A DNA stretch of 64,000 bases from NCBI GenBank assembly GCA_963781045.1, contig CAWAEX010000018.1, positions 109,806 through 173,805 of the forward strand. Direction: 5' to 3'. Shown here piece after piece: positions 47,804 through 58,800 of the stretch. The translations under genes and the position numbers were made by a program. How positions within the stretch are numbered: position 1 is the stretch's first letter; each line of letters opens with the position of its first letter. The DNA comes from an uncultured Flavobacteriaceae bacterium. GTDB taxonomy: Bacteria > Bacteroidota > Bacteroidia > Flavobacteriales > Flavobacteriaceae. The notes under the pieces are model-generated. The model ran no database searches. It saw only the letters and a list, made by a program, of their open reading frames with translations, and had not been told where the DNA came from.

Positions 47804-49618
47804 TTAACTGTCAAAAGTATAGGCATTATCTGCCGCTACCTTATCTGCTATTTGATTTCTTAAAGCCACTACATTAGGCTGATTGGTGTATTTTGTAAAT
47901 CGCTTTAGTCCCATCAGCATCATTCTTTGTTCATCACCTTCTGCGAAGGATACAATAGCCTCTTTTCCTTTCCTGATGACAATATCTACAGCATCATATA
48001 AATAAAGTTGTGTCATGGCGATCTGAATTGCCTGAGACTCTTTCCCGCTGCGTTTTGCATTTTTTTCTGTGCGGAGTAAGGTAGATTCCGCCATATAGAT
48101 CTCGATCAGAATATCTGCAGCCGCCAACAGTATTTGCTGATGTGCTTCCAGATCCGGGCCAAATTTTTGAACCGCACTTCCTGCAATCATCAAAAAGACT
48201 TTTTTCAGTCTTGCGATCAAATCCTTTTCTTCAGCAAATAATTCAGAGAAATCCGGGGTGTCAAAGGAAGGGATACCCATCAATTCTTCTCCAACGGCGG
48301 TTGCGGGGCCAAGGAGGTCAACATGACCTTTCATTGCCTTTTTAACAAGCATACCCACGGCAAGCATTCTATTAATTTCATTGGTACCTTCATAGATCCG
48401 TGCGATCCTGGCATCTCTCCAGGCTTTCTCCATGGGTGTATCTGCACTAAAGCCCATACCTCCAAAGATCTGAATTCCTTCATCTGTGGTACTCTGAACA
48501 TCTTCTGAAACCGCTACCTTTAAAATGGAACATTCAATAGCGTATTCTTCAACCCCTTTCAATTCTGCATCTTGATGTGAATTGCCCTCAGCTTCCCTGA
48601 TGGCGATACGCTCTTCAATATTCATGGCAGCACGGTAGCAAGCAGATTCACCCGCATACGCATTGGTAGCCATTTGAGCAATTTTGGACTTGATGGCTCC
48701 AAAATTTATGATAGCTGTCTTAAACTGTATACGTTCATTGGCATAATTAACTGCCTCATTTAAAACGCGTCTTTGTGCCTCTAAACAGGCAGCGGCCAAC
48801 TTTATCCTTCCTACATTCAAAGCGTTCATGGCGATCTTAAAACCATTGCCTCGCTCAGAGAGCATATTTTCAACAGGCACTTTAGTATCGTTAAAGAATA
48901 CCTGACGGGTAGAGGAGGAGTGAATACCTAATTTCTTTTCTTCCTCACCCATCGAAATTCCATTCTTTGGATCATTTTCTACGATAAACCCGGTAATGTT
49001 CTTGTCGTTCTCGATGCGTGCAAAAACTATAAATAGACTACAAAATCCGGCATTGGAGATCCACATTTTTTGTCCGGTAATGTTGTAATGCTTTCCATCC
49101 TTGGAAAGAACAGCTTTGGTTTTACCGGAGTTGGCATCGGAGCCTGCTCCCGGTTCTGTTAGACAGTATGCACCAAACCATTCACCTGTGGCAAGTTTAG
49201 GCACATATTTTTTCTTTTGTGCTTCAGTACCGTAGAGGGTTATTGGCAGTGTCCCTATTCCTGTATGGGCACCAAAGGCCGTGCTAAAGGACCCGGTTGC
49301 ACCGGAAATATAATCGCATACCAGCATAGTTGAGACAAAGCCCATACCCATGCCGCCGTATTCGGCCGGTACTGCAATACTTAAAAAGCCTAACTCACCG
49401 GCTTTTTGCATACACTCCTTGGTAAAGGTGTAATCTTTCTGTTCAAAGCGTTCCCAATGGGCCCAAAGTTCGCGGTCTACAAATTCCTTGGTACTGTCGC
49501 GCATCATCTTTTGCTCCTCATTGAGGTCTTCCAATGTAAAGACGTCTTCACATTTGGTTTCCTTTACGAGGAACTGGCCACCTCGTAGAATATCTTTATT
49601 AATAGTTTCTGTACTCAT
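47804..49618 (-). CDS. fadE: Acyl-CoA dehydrogenase
   Basis: YCLTEPGAGSDA, GQKMWISN, QIFGGMGF, RIYEGTNEIN. Confidence 0.93.
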   Translation of the reverse strand: MSTETINKDILRGGQFLVKETKCEDVFTLEDLNEEQKMMRDSTKEFVDRELWAHWERFEQKDYTFTKECMQKAGELGFLSIAVPAEYGGMGMGFVSTMLVCDYISGATGSFSTAFGAHTGIGTLPITLYGTEAQKKKYVPKLATGEWFGAYCLTEPGAGSDANSGKTKAVLSKDGKHYNITGQKMWISNAGFCSLFIVFARIENDKNITGFIVENDPKNGISMGEEEKKLGIHSSSTRQVFFNDTKVPVENMLSERGNGFKIAMNALNVGRIKLAAACLEAQRRVLNEAVNYANERIQFKTAIINFGAIKSKIAQMATNAYAGESACYRAAMNIEERIAIREAEGNSHQDAELKGVEEYAIECSILKVAVSEDVQSTTDEGIQIFGGMGFSADTPMEKAWRDARIARIYEGTNEINRMLAVGMLVKKAMKGHVDLLGPATAVGEELMGIPSFDTPDFSELFAEEKDLIARLKKVFLMIAGSAVQKFGPDLEAHQQILLAAADILIEIYMAESTLLRTEKNAKRSGKESQAIQIAMTQLYLYDAVDIVIRKGKEAIVSFAEGDEQRMMLMGLKRFTKYTNQPNVVALRNQIADKVAADNAYTFDS

Positions 49619-49640
49619 CGATATAATATTTTGTATGATT

Positions 49641-50831
49641 CTAGTTTAAAAATTCAAAGATCCCGGCGGCACCTTGCCCGGTACCTACGCACATGGTTAC
49701 CAACCCGTGCTTTCCTTTCATTTTTCGTTTACGCATCTCGTCAAAAAGCTGCACCGATAATTTAGCACCTGTACATCCTAATGGGTGGCCTAAGGCAATA
49801 GCTCCGCCATTTACGTTCACGATCTCCTGGTTTAGATCCAATTCGCGGATAACCGCAAGGGATTGCGATGCAAAGGCCTCATTCAATTCTATTAGTTCCA
49901 ATTGATTCTGTTTCATTCCTGCTTGCTTCAGGGCCTTTGGAATTGCCTTTACCGGGCCAATTCCCATGATCCTTGGTTCTACACCTGCTGCGGCATAATT
50001 CACCAATCTGGCAATGGGCTCTAACTTCAATTCCTTTACCATTTCCTCACTCATTACTAACACAAAGGCTGCCCCATCACTCATCTGTGAAGAATTTCCC
50101 GCAGTTACACTACCGCCAGCTGCAAATACTGGCCGCAATTTTGCTAACACCTCTTTGGTTGTATCAGCTCTAGGTCCTTCATCTTTATTAACGGAATATT
50201 CTGTGGTTTCTTTTTTTCCCTTGGCATTAACAAAGGTGTGCTCCACGTTGATGGGTATGATCTGATCCTCGAACTTTCCTTCCTTTTGTGCTTTCAGCGC
50301 TTTCATATGGGAGTTGAAGGCAAATTCATCCTGATCTTCTCTGGAAACCTTGAATTGTTCTGCAACTGCCTCGGCTGTTAAGCCCATCCCCCAGTAATAA
50401 TCTTCATTGCCTTCCTTAGCGGCAGCATAGTCTGGAGTAGGCTTATACCCTCCCATAGGGATGTAACTCATACTCTCTGCCCCGCCGGCAATAATACAAT
50501 CGGCCATTCCCGCTTGAATTTTCGCTGTTGCAATGCCAATGGTTTCTAATCCCGAGGCACAATACCTGTTTACGGTTACCCCTGGAACATCATCGATCTT
50601 AAGGCCCATGAGGGAAATGAGTCGGGCCATATTAAGTCCCTGTTCGGCTTCCGGCATGGCATTCCCCACTATCACATCATCAATTCTTTTTTTATCTAGC
50701 TGGGGCACCTCTTTCATCAGGTACTCAATAGTTTCAGCCGCCAATTCATCAGGACGCTTGAAACGAAATAGGCCTCTGGGTGCTTTTCCAACGGCAGTTC
50801 TGTATGCTTTTACGATATAAGCTGTTTTCAT
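49641..50831 (-). CDS. fadA: 3-ketoacyl-CoA thiolase
   Basis: [25 protein letters not shown]. Confidence 0.93.
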   Translation of the reverse strand: MKTAYIVKAYRTAVGKAPRGLFRFKRPDELAAETIEYLMKEVPQLDKKRIDDVIVGNAMPEAEQGLNMARLISLMGLKIDDVPGVTVNRYCASGLETIGIATAKIQAGMADCIIAGGAESMSYIPMGGYKPTPDYAAAKEGNEDYYWGMGLTAEAVAEQFKVSREDQDEFAFNSHMKALKAQKEGKFEDQIIPINVEHTFVNAKGKKETTEYSVNKDEGPRADTTKEVLAKLRPVFAAGGSVTAGNSSQMSDGAAFVLVMSEEMVKELKLEPIARLVNYAAAGVEPRIMGIGPVKAIPKALKQAGMKQNQLELIELNEAFASQSLAVIRELDLNQEIVNVNGGAIALGHPLGCTGAKLSVQLFDEMRKRKMKGKHGLVTMCVGTGQGAAGIFEFLN

Positions 50832-50835
50832 GTTC

Positions 50836-53241
50836 TTAATTTCTAAGGGGTTTACCAGTTTTTAGCATATGTTGAATCCTTTCCAGAGTTTTTCTTTCGG
50901 TACAAAGCGAAAGAAATGCTTCGCGCTCCAGATCTAGCAGATATTGCTCACTTACGTAACTGGCTTCAGACAAATCGCCTCCCGCCATCACATAAGCTAA
51001 CTTATCTGCAATTTTCTTATCGTGTTCGGAGATATAATGACCGGCTTCCATAGAATCTGTTCCTACCAGGAACATACCCAGGGCTTGCTTTCCAAGAACT
51101 TTTACATCGGTTCTATGTGCAGGTTGGGTATACCCAGACTCAGCCATTAATTTGGCATGTGCCTTTGCAGTAGCAATTTGACGATCTTTATTGACCACCA
51201 CAATGTCTTTTCCTTTTTGAAGGACACCCAGATCAAATGCTTCATACGCCGAGGTGGAGACCTTCGCCATTCCAATTGTCAGGAAGTATTCCTGAAGGAC
51301 GTTAAGTTCTACATCATTCTTTCTGAAAATATCTGAGGCTCTTAGAGCCATTTCCTTAGATCCGCCTCCGCCGGGGATAACCCCTACGCCAAATTCTACC
51401 AGTCCCATATAGGTTTCTGCCGCAGCAACTACCTTGTCTGCATGTAAGGATAATTCACAGCCACCACCCAGGCACATGCCGTGTGGGGCAGAGACTGTAG
51501 GTATGGAAGAGTATCGCATCCTCATCATGGTGTTCTGGAACATTTTAATGGCCATGTTAAGCTCATCGTACTCTTGTTCCACTGCCATCATAAAGATCAT
51601 ACCAATATTGGCACCAACGGAGAAGTTGGCTCCCTGGTTGCCCACTACAAGACCTTGAAAATCCTTTTCCGCCATGTCGATGGCCTTGTTGAGGCCACTT
51701 AAAACATCTGCCCCTATGGTATTCATCTTGGATTGAAATTCCACATTTAAGATACCGTCGCCCAGATCTTCAACCACCACGCCACTATTCTTAAATACCT
51801 CCTTCGATTTCCGAATATTGTCGAGGATGATAAAGGCATCCTGACCGGGCACCTTTTTCATAGCTTTCTTCTTAATATCATAGAAGTAGGTAGCACCTTC
51901 TTTTACTTCATAAAAAGAGGTTATCCCTGCAGCTTTCATATCCAGAACCCATTTAGCAGCTTTTTGGTTTTCGGAAGCAATAAGGTCTAAACCTTTGTCC
52001 AAACCAATGGCATCCCAAATTTGGAAGGGTCCGTGTTCCCATCCAAATCCGGCCTTCATGGCATCATCTATCTTGTATAACTCATCAGAAATTTCAGGAA
52101 TTCTGTGTGAAACATAGGCAAAAAGAACCCCAAAACTTTTTCGGTAGAATTCACCTGCTTTGTCTTTTCCACCCACCAATATTTTAAAACGGTCTATGAC
52201 CTTATCTACGGTCTTGGTTAGTTCCAGGGTAGCGAATTTTGCACTCTTTTTGGAACGGTATTCCATGGTGTCCAAATCCAGGGTAAGGATCTCACTTTTC
52301 CCATCGGGCAACCTTTCCTTTTTGTAGAAGCCCTGACCAGATTTGCTTCCAAACCACTTGTTATCAGACATGGTCTTGATAAAGCCCGGCAGCTCAAACA
52401 ACTCGTGTCGCTCATCCTTTGTGCAGTTGTCATAAATACCATTAGCTACATGAACCAGGGTATCTAAACCAACCACATCTACGGTGCGGAAGGTGGCCGA
52501 CTTAGGTCTGCCAATGACCGGTCCGGTTAGTTTATCCACTTCTTCTACTGTGATCCCTAATTCTTTCACAGCGTGAAACAGGCTCATAATGCTAAAGATG
52601 CCGATACGGTTTCCAATAAATGCCGGCGTATCTTTGGCCACCACTGAGGTTTTGCCAAGAAATTTTTCACCGTATCCGTTCAGAAACTCAAGAACTTCTG
52701 GTGTTGTTTTGGGCCCGGGGATGATCTCAAAAAGTTTGAGGTATCTGGCCGGATTAAAAAAGTGGGTGCCACAGAAATGCTGCTGAAAATCCTCACTTCT
52801 CCCTTCGCTCATAAAATGAATCGGGATCCCGGAGGTATTAGACGTAATTAAGGTACCAGGAGTTCTGTGTTTCTCCAGATTTTCAAATACTTGTTTTTTA
52901 ATGTCGAGTCGTTCTACAACAACTTCAATGATCCAATCTACCTCTGCAACTTTGGCTATATCATCTTCCAAATTCCCTGTTTGTATCCTTTTTGCAAAAG
53001 AGGTGTGATAAATAGGGGAGGGTTTAGATTTTAGGGCCGCGGTAAGGGAATCATTTACCAGACGGTTCCTCACGCTGCGATCTTTTAAACTTAGGCCTTT
53101 GGACTTCTCTTTTTCGGTGAGTTCGCGAGGAACAATATCCAATAACAAGACTTCCACGCCAATATTTGCAAAGTGACATGCAATGCCACTACCCATGATT
53201 CCGGATCCAACGACGGCTACTTTTTTAATGTGCTTGTTCAT
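50836..53241 (-). CDS. fadN: 3-hydroxyacyl-CoA dehydrogenase / enoyl-CoA hydratase (FadN-type order)
   Basis: GSGIMG, SNTSG, HFFNP; C-terminal crotonase domain LGGGCE, LVEFGVG. Confidence 0.9.
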   Translation of the reverse strand: MNKHIKKVAVVGSGIMGSGIACHFANIGVEVLLLDIVPRELTEKEKSKGLSLKDRSVRNRLVNDSLTAALKSKPSPIYHTSFAKRIQTGNLEDDIAKVAEVDWIIEVVVERLDIKKQVFENLEKHRTPGTLITSNTSGIPIHFMSEGRSEDFQQHFCGTHFFNPARYLKLFEIIPGPKTTPEVLEFLNGYGEKFLGKTSVVAKDTPAFIGNRIGIFSIMSLFHAVKELGITVEEVDKLTGPVIGRPKSATFRTVDVVGLDTLVHVANGIYDNCTKDERHELFELPGFIKTMSDNKWFGSKSGQGFYKKERLPDGKSEILTLDLDTMEYRSKKSAKFATLELTKTVDKVIDRFKILVGGKDKAGEFYRKSFGVLFAYVSHRIPEISDELYKIDDAMKAGFGWEHGPFQIWDAIGLDKGLDLIASENQKAAKWVLDMKAAGITSFYEVKEGATYFYDIKKKAMKKVPGQDAFIILDNIRKSKEVFKNSGVVVEDLGDGILNVEFQSKMNTIGADVLSGLNKAIDMAEKDFQGLVVGNQGANFSVGANIGMIFMMAVEQEYDELNMAIKMFQNTMMRMRYSSIPTVSAPHGMCLGGGCELSLHADKVVAAAETYMGLVEFGVGVIPGGGGSKEMALRASDIFRKNDVELNVLQEYFLTIGMAKVSTSAYEAFDLGVLQKGKDIVVVNKDRQIATAKAHAKLMAESGYTQPAHRTDVKVLGKQALGMFLVGTDSMEAGHYISEHDKKIADKLAYVMAGGDLSEASYVSEQYLLDLEREAFLSLCTERKTLERIQHMLKTGKPLRN

Positions 53242-53255
53242 TAATGAGTTGTGTA

Positions 53256-53708
53256 TTAATTAGTTGTTGATTCTCTATTGTATATCTTTTTTTCTGATAT
53301 TACCTGGCTTATGGTATCCATTACCTCAAAGAAAGATTTTAATTGGGTCTCGGATAATTGATCTTTCACAACCTCATTGAACCTTAAAACTGCATCTTTC
53401 GAGTCTTTTCGTTTTTCCAGGCCAAAGGGTGTCAGATAAATAAGTACGCCCCTACCGTCCTCAGGATTCGGTTTGCGTTCTATGAGTCCCTTTTCTTCCA
53501 TACTCTTGAGTATTCGAGATAAACTGGTTGCTTCCATTCCCATTTTGGGGCCAAGAGACGTGGAAGGTGTTCCCTTTTTAGGATCAATGCTTAACAGCGT
53601 AAAACCTACTGCCATGGTAGAGTCAAATTTTTTGGCTTCTTCATTGTACATTCTTGCTACCATTTGCCAGGTGGCGCGCAGTGCGTAATCTATCGTTAAC
53701 TCTTGCAT
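53256..53708 (-). CDS. MarR family regulator heading the beta-oxidation operon
   Basis: SLSRILKSMEEKGLIER..DGRGVLIYLT; likely start ATG 53708, since the track's TTG lies inside the -7 element. Confidence 0.9.
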   Translation of the reverse strand: MQELTIDYALRATWQMVARMYNEEAKKFDSTMAVGFTLLSIDPKKGTPSTSLGPKMGMEATSLSRILKSMEEKGLIERKPNPEDGRGVLIYLTPFGLEKRKDSKDAVLRFNEVVKDQLSETQLKSFFEVMDTISQVISEKKIYNRESTTN

Positions 53709-53726
53709 AGGGTGTTTTAAACTCCC

Positions 53727-53765
53727 CAAAGATATAAAAATTTATTATGCATGCATAATAAATTT
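53727..53765 (-). promoter_or_regulatory. marR-fad promoter (-7 TATCTTTG) with a perfect 28-bp palindromic operator
   Basis: AAATTTATTATGCATGCATAATAAATTT at 53738-53765; minus strand TATCTTTG at 53734-53727. Confidence 0.78.
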
Positions 53766-53916
53766 AAATTAATTTATAGGTTGTATTTCACATTAGTGCG
53801 CTTTTGTTTAGCCCTCACAATTGCGAATAAGGATAGAACAGGACTTTGGAAGGCGTTACCAATACATGGCATGTCCTCAATGGGTATTTTTATAAAATTG
53901 GAGCAGAAATCAGGCT

Positions 53917-55686
53917 TTAATGCCCGTAGATCTCATTGTAAAGAGGGAGGTATTTTTCTTTAATGATCTTTCGTTTTAATTTCATGGTAGGAGTGAGGTG
54001 TCCGTCTTCTACAGTCCATAGGTTTGGTGTAAGTTTAAAGGCTTTTACCTTTTCCCATTTTGCAAATTGTTCATTTGCATGGTCTACTTCTTCCTGAATC
54101 CTAGCAAGTAAAACCTCATCCTTTACCAGATCCGAAGGTCCGCCTAAGGTTTTATGATGTCTTTTGGCCCATTCAGTAATAAACTCAAAATTTGGTTGTA
54201 TTAAGGCAGCCGGCATCTTTTCCCCTTCCCCTATGACCATTACCTGTTCTATAAAACGCGATTGCTTTAGCCTGTTCTCCAGGAGTTGAGGGGCCACATA
54301 TTTTCCGCCAGATGTTTTGAACATCTCTTTCTTGCGGTCTGTGATACGTAAAAATCCTTCACTGTCAATTTCGCCAATATCACCCGTATGGAAATATCCA
54401 TTCGTCATTACTTCCTTAGTTTTTTCCGGGTCTTTATAATAACCCATCATCACATTGGGACCCTTACAGAGAATCTCCCCATCTGCGGCTATCTTAACTT
54501 CCACCTTTTCTATAATCTGCCCCACAGAGCCTATTTTCCATCCACGATTTTTTTTGCAATTCACAGAAATAACAGGAGATGTTTCAGTTAGTCCATAGCC
54601 TTCCATCACAGGAATGCCTGCCGCACTAAAAATACGCGACAATCTTGTTTGCAAAGCAGCACTGCCCGAGGTCATGGTCTCTAAGTTACCACCCAGACCT
54701 TCTTTCCATTTACTAAAAATGAGTTTTCTGGCAATACCCAGCTTGAATTCATACCACCAACCATTGGCTCCATAAGGTTCATACTTCAAACCTAACTTCA
54801 CTGCCCAAAAAAATAGTGCCTTCTTAACCCCCGTAAGTTCTGTCCCTTTGTTAATGATCTTATCGTATACTTTTTCCAACAGCCTGGGGACCACCGTCAT
54901 TACATTAGGTTTTATCTCTTTAAGGTTTTCACTTATTTTATCGAGACCTTCCGCAAAGTATACGCTAATGCTACAGTATTGATAAAGGTATAGGACCATT
55001 CGTTCAAAAATATGGCAAACAGGCAGGAAACTAAGGGCGGAACTACCAGACCCCAGCGGTATTCTTGGCTGACTGGCAATTACATTAGAGACAATGTTGT
55101 TATGAGACAACATAACGCCTTTTGGTCTGCCTGTGGTACCGGAAGTATAGATCAATGTTGCCAGGTCTTCCGGCTTAACAGCATTTTTTCGCATTTCCAC
55201 TTCCTCCTGATAACTGGTATCCTCACCTGATGAAAGTAGCTCTGTCCAATGTTTGCACCCTTCTATCTCATCAAAACAATAAATATCTTTCAAAGAAGGT
55301 ACTTGTCCCTTAATACTTATTACTTTTTCCAAAACCTCCACGCAGGACACAAAACAGTACTGGGCTTCCGAATGATTGAGGATATAGGCGTAATCTTCTT
55401 CGGAAATTGTTGGATAGATTGGGACGTTTTGAGCTCCAATTTGTAAGACAGCGATGTCTAAAATATTCCATTCGGTGCGATTGGTCATTGAGATCACTGC
55501 GATCTTATCATTTGCCTGAACATTAAGCTTTAGGAGCGCCCTGCTAAGCATATTGGCCTTCCTAATGTACTCCTTCGTAGATATGGCCACCCACTCTCCT
55601 TTGTATTTGCTTACAAAGGCTTTTTCCAGTGGAAAATGTTCTTGTTGATAGTAGGGGATGTCGAAAAGACGAGTAACACTTTGCAT
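53917..55686 (-). CDS. fadD: Long-chain fatty acid-CoA ligase
   Basis: YTSGTTGRPKG, EGYGLTE, FHTGDIG, TSGGKYVAP, TPTMKLKR. Confidence 0.92.
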   Translation of the reverse strand: MQSVTRLFDIPYYQQEHFPLEKAFVSKYKGEWVAISTKEYIRKANMLSRALLKLNVQANDKIAVISMTNRTEWNILDIAVLQIGAQNVPIYPTISEEDYAYILNHSEAQYCFVSCVEVLEKVISIKGQVPSLKDIYCFDEIEGCKHWTELLSSGEDTSYQEEVEMRKNAVKPEDLATLIYTSGTTGRPKGVMLSHNNIVSNVIASQPRIPLGSGSSALSFLPVCHIFERMVLYLYQYCSISVYFAEGLDKISENLKEIKPNVMTVVPRLLEKVYDKIINKGTELTGVKKALFFWAVKLGLKYEPYGANGWWYEFKLGIARKLIFSKWKEGLGGNLETMTSGSAALQTRLSRIFSAAGIPVMEGYGLTETSPVISVNCKKNRGWKIGSVGQIIEKVEVKIAADGEILCKGPNVMMGYYKDPEKTKEVMTNGYFHTGDIGEIDSEGFLRITDRKKEMFKTSGGKYVAPQLLENRLKQSRFIEQVMVIGEGEKMPAALIQPNFEFITEWAKRHHKTLGGPSDLVKDEVLLARIQEEVDHANEQFAKWEKVKAFKLTPNLWTVEDGHLTPTMKLKRKIIKEKYLPLYNEIYGH

Positions 55687-55824
55687 ACGGTGGTATTAAT
55701 GGTTCTTGCAAAGTAAGAAAAGGGAGTGGGATTTTAAAATGGGATTGACAAAATTAAGCGCGATTTATTGTGAATTTCAAAATAAACCTTTGATAATGGG
55801 CCTAAAGAGGGGTGATTATCACAT

Positions 55825-58800
55825 TTATTTCAACCATTTCCTGGCATTGACAAATGCTTCCAACCAGGGAGATACCGCGTCTTTTCTGGAAGGGTAATGC
55901 GCCCAATTCCATGGAAAAATGCTTCGCTCAATATGTGGCATGGTTACAAGGTGCCTGCCAGTTTTATCGCAGAGCATGGCCACATTATAATCGCTGCCAT
56001 TAGGATTCGCAGGATATTGATCGTACCCATAGGTCGCTACAATTCCATACCTGTCTGCAGGGTAAGGCAAAGAGAACTTACCTTCGCCATGGGATATCCA
56101 TACCCCCAGAGTAGTCCCTTCCAGGGTCGATAACATTACCGAATTATTTTTTTCCACACGTACTGAGGTAAAATTGCTTTCGTGTTTGTGGGAGTCGTTA
56201 TAGGTCATTTTTCCATGTACCTCATGTTCAGGATTGACCAGGTCTAGCTCCATAAACAATTGGCAACCATTACATATACCAACAGACAAGGTATCTGGTC
56301 TGGCAAAGAATTTTTTAAGGGCGTTTCGGGCTTTGTCATTGTATTTAAAAGCGCCTGCCCATCCCTTGGCACTTCCTAAAACATCTGAGTTGGAAAACCC
56401 GCCTACGGCACCAATAAAACTGATCTCTTCCAGGGTCTCCCTTCCGGAAATAAGATCTGTCATATGCACGTCTTTTACATCAAATCCGGCAAGAAACATG
56501 GCACTGGCCATTTCACGCTCAGAATTACTCCCTTTTTCTCTCAAAATGGCAGCCTTAGGCCTTTTGTTTTCTGCTTTGGGTAACTGTCCAGAAAAGTGCT
56601 TTGGAAAATGATACACCAGGGGCTGTTGCTTGTAATTTTGATACCGTTGTTTCGCAAGATCTTGTGCTGTTTGTTTGCTATCTAACAAATAGGAGGTTTT
56701 GTACCAAATATCGCGTTGAGCGTACACATCGATCTTTAATTCATCTTTTCCATTAGTAAGAAGTAGTTGGGGATCAGAGTTGACCGATCCTATCTTATGG
56801 AAATCTATGCCAGCCTTTGACAGTACTTTTTCAATGGAGCTGTCTTTGGCCTGAAGAACGATCCCGGCATTTTCGGCAAAAAGCAATTTTATTGTATCAG
56901 CTTCGCCTAATGAAGTAAGATCTATTCTTGCTCCCAGATTATTATCAGCAAAGCACATCTCGAGCAAGGTAGTTATGAGTCCGCCTGAAGCCACATCATG
57001 ACCTGCTACTATTTGCTTATCTTTTATAAGTTGTTGCAGTACATTAAAAGTCTTCTTAAAAAAACCAGCATCTAAAATCGACGGAGCAGTTTGTCCCACC
57101 TTGTTGAGGACTTGAGCAAAGGAAGATCCTCCAATAGCATATTGGTCCTGAGATAGGTTGATATAATACACCCGACCTTCATTTGCCTTAAATACAGGTT
57201 CCACCACTTTGGTAATATCACTGCAATGACCAGCAGCTGAAATAATTACAGTACCAGGAGACAGTACTTCCTGATCCTGGTATTTTTGTTTCATTGAAAG
57301 TGAATCCTTCCCGGTAGGTACGTTGATGCCCAGGGCAATCGCAAAGTCTGAAACAGCCTTAACTGCTTCATAGAGTCTTGCATCCTCCCCCGGATTTCTA
57401 CAGGGCCACATCCAGTTGGCTGACAAGGAAACGGAGGTAAGACCATCTTCCAAAGGAGCCCAAACTAAATTGGTCAATGCTTCAGCAATACTGTTAAGGC
57501 TACCAGCCTTCGGATCGATCAGTCCGGAGATTGGGGAATGCCCGAGGGAAGTAGCAATCCCCTCTTTTCCTTTAAAATCCATCGCCATCACCCCAACATT
57601 ATTGAGCGGAAGTTGTAAGGGACCTGCGCATTGCTGTTTTGCCACCCTGCCACCAACACAGCGGTCTACTTTATTGGTAAGCCAATCCTTGCATCCTACA
57701 GCCTCTAATTGTAAGACACTTTCCAGATATTCTTTGAACTTATCCAGGCTATACGCAGGGTTTTTGTAGTCTCTTTGTACGGTGACGTCTGTCATTATAG
57801 TCTTTGGGGAACTTCCAAACATATCTGCCAGTTCCAGGTCCATAGGTTTTTCATTCCTTTTAGAAGAAGTGAAGGAAAAACGATGATCTCCTGTTGCAAT
57901 ACCAACCTCGTACATGGGGGCTCTTTCCCTTGCAGCGATCCTTGCCAGAAAACTACTGTCCTTGGCACTTATCACAAGACCCATGCGTTCCTGAGATTCG
58001 TTCCCAATGATTTCTTTCGCAGATAGGGTAGGGTCTCCAATAGGGAGTTTATCCATATCTATAGCACCCCCTGTTTCTTCTACCAGTTCAGACAGGCAGT
58101 TGAGGTGTCCGCCTGCTCCGTGATCATGGATAGATACCACAGGGTTTGTATCATTTTCTACCAACCCACGGATGGCATTGGCTGCTCTTTTTTGCATTTC
58201 AGGGTTAGATCGTTGTACCGCATTGAGTTCAATGGCTGCACTAAACTCACCCGTATCTGCACTAGATACGGCCGCTCCGCCCATTCCAATACGATAGTTG
58301 TCTCCTCCAAGTAATACGATCTTATCACCTTTTTTAGGGGTATCCTTTAAGGCTTGTGATGCTTTTCCATAGCCAACTCCTCCGGCCATCATAATTACCT
58401 TGTCATATCCCAGTACCCTTTCATGTTCCTTATGCTCAAAGGTTAGCACTGAACCGGCAATTAAGGGTTGGCCAAATTTGTTTCCAAAATCGGAAGCTCC
58501 GTTAGATGCCTTTATTAAAATATCCATAGGAGTTTGATATAACCAAGGTCTTTCTTCAACCCCACTTTCCCAGGATCTCCCTTCATCCAGTCTGGAGTAA
58601 GATGTCATATAAACGGCGGTACCTGCCAGGGGCAAAGAACCTTTTCCTCCGGCCAGTCTGTCCCGGATCTCACCTCCGGAGCCGGTGGCAGCGCCATTGA
58701 ATGGTTCTACGGTGGTTGGAAAATTATGTGTTTCAGCTTTTAGAGAAAGGACAGAATCAAAAGAAGTTTCTTTGTAGAAATCCGGTTTATCCGGGGAGGC

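Noticed and set aside
53751-53963. 70-aa + strand ORF between marR and fadD
   Set aside because: Starts inside the operator palindrome, overlaps the fadD end and has no protein-like features.
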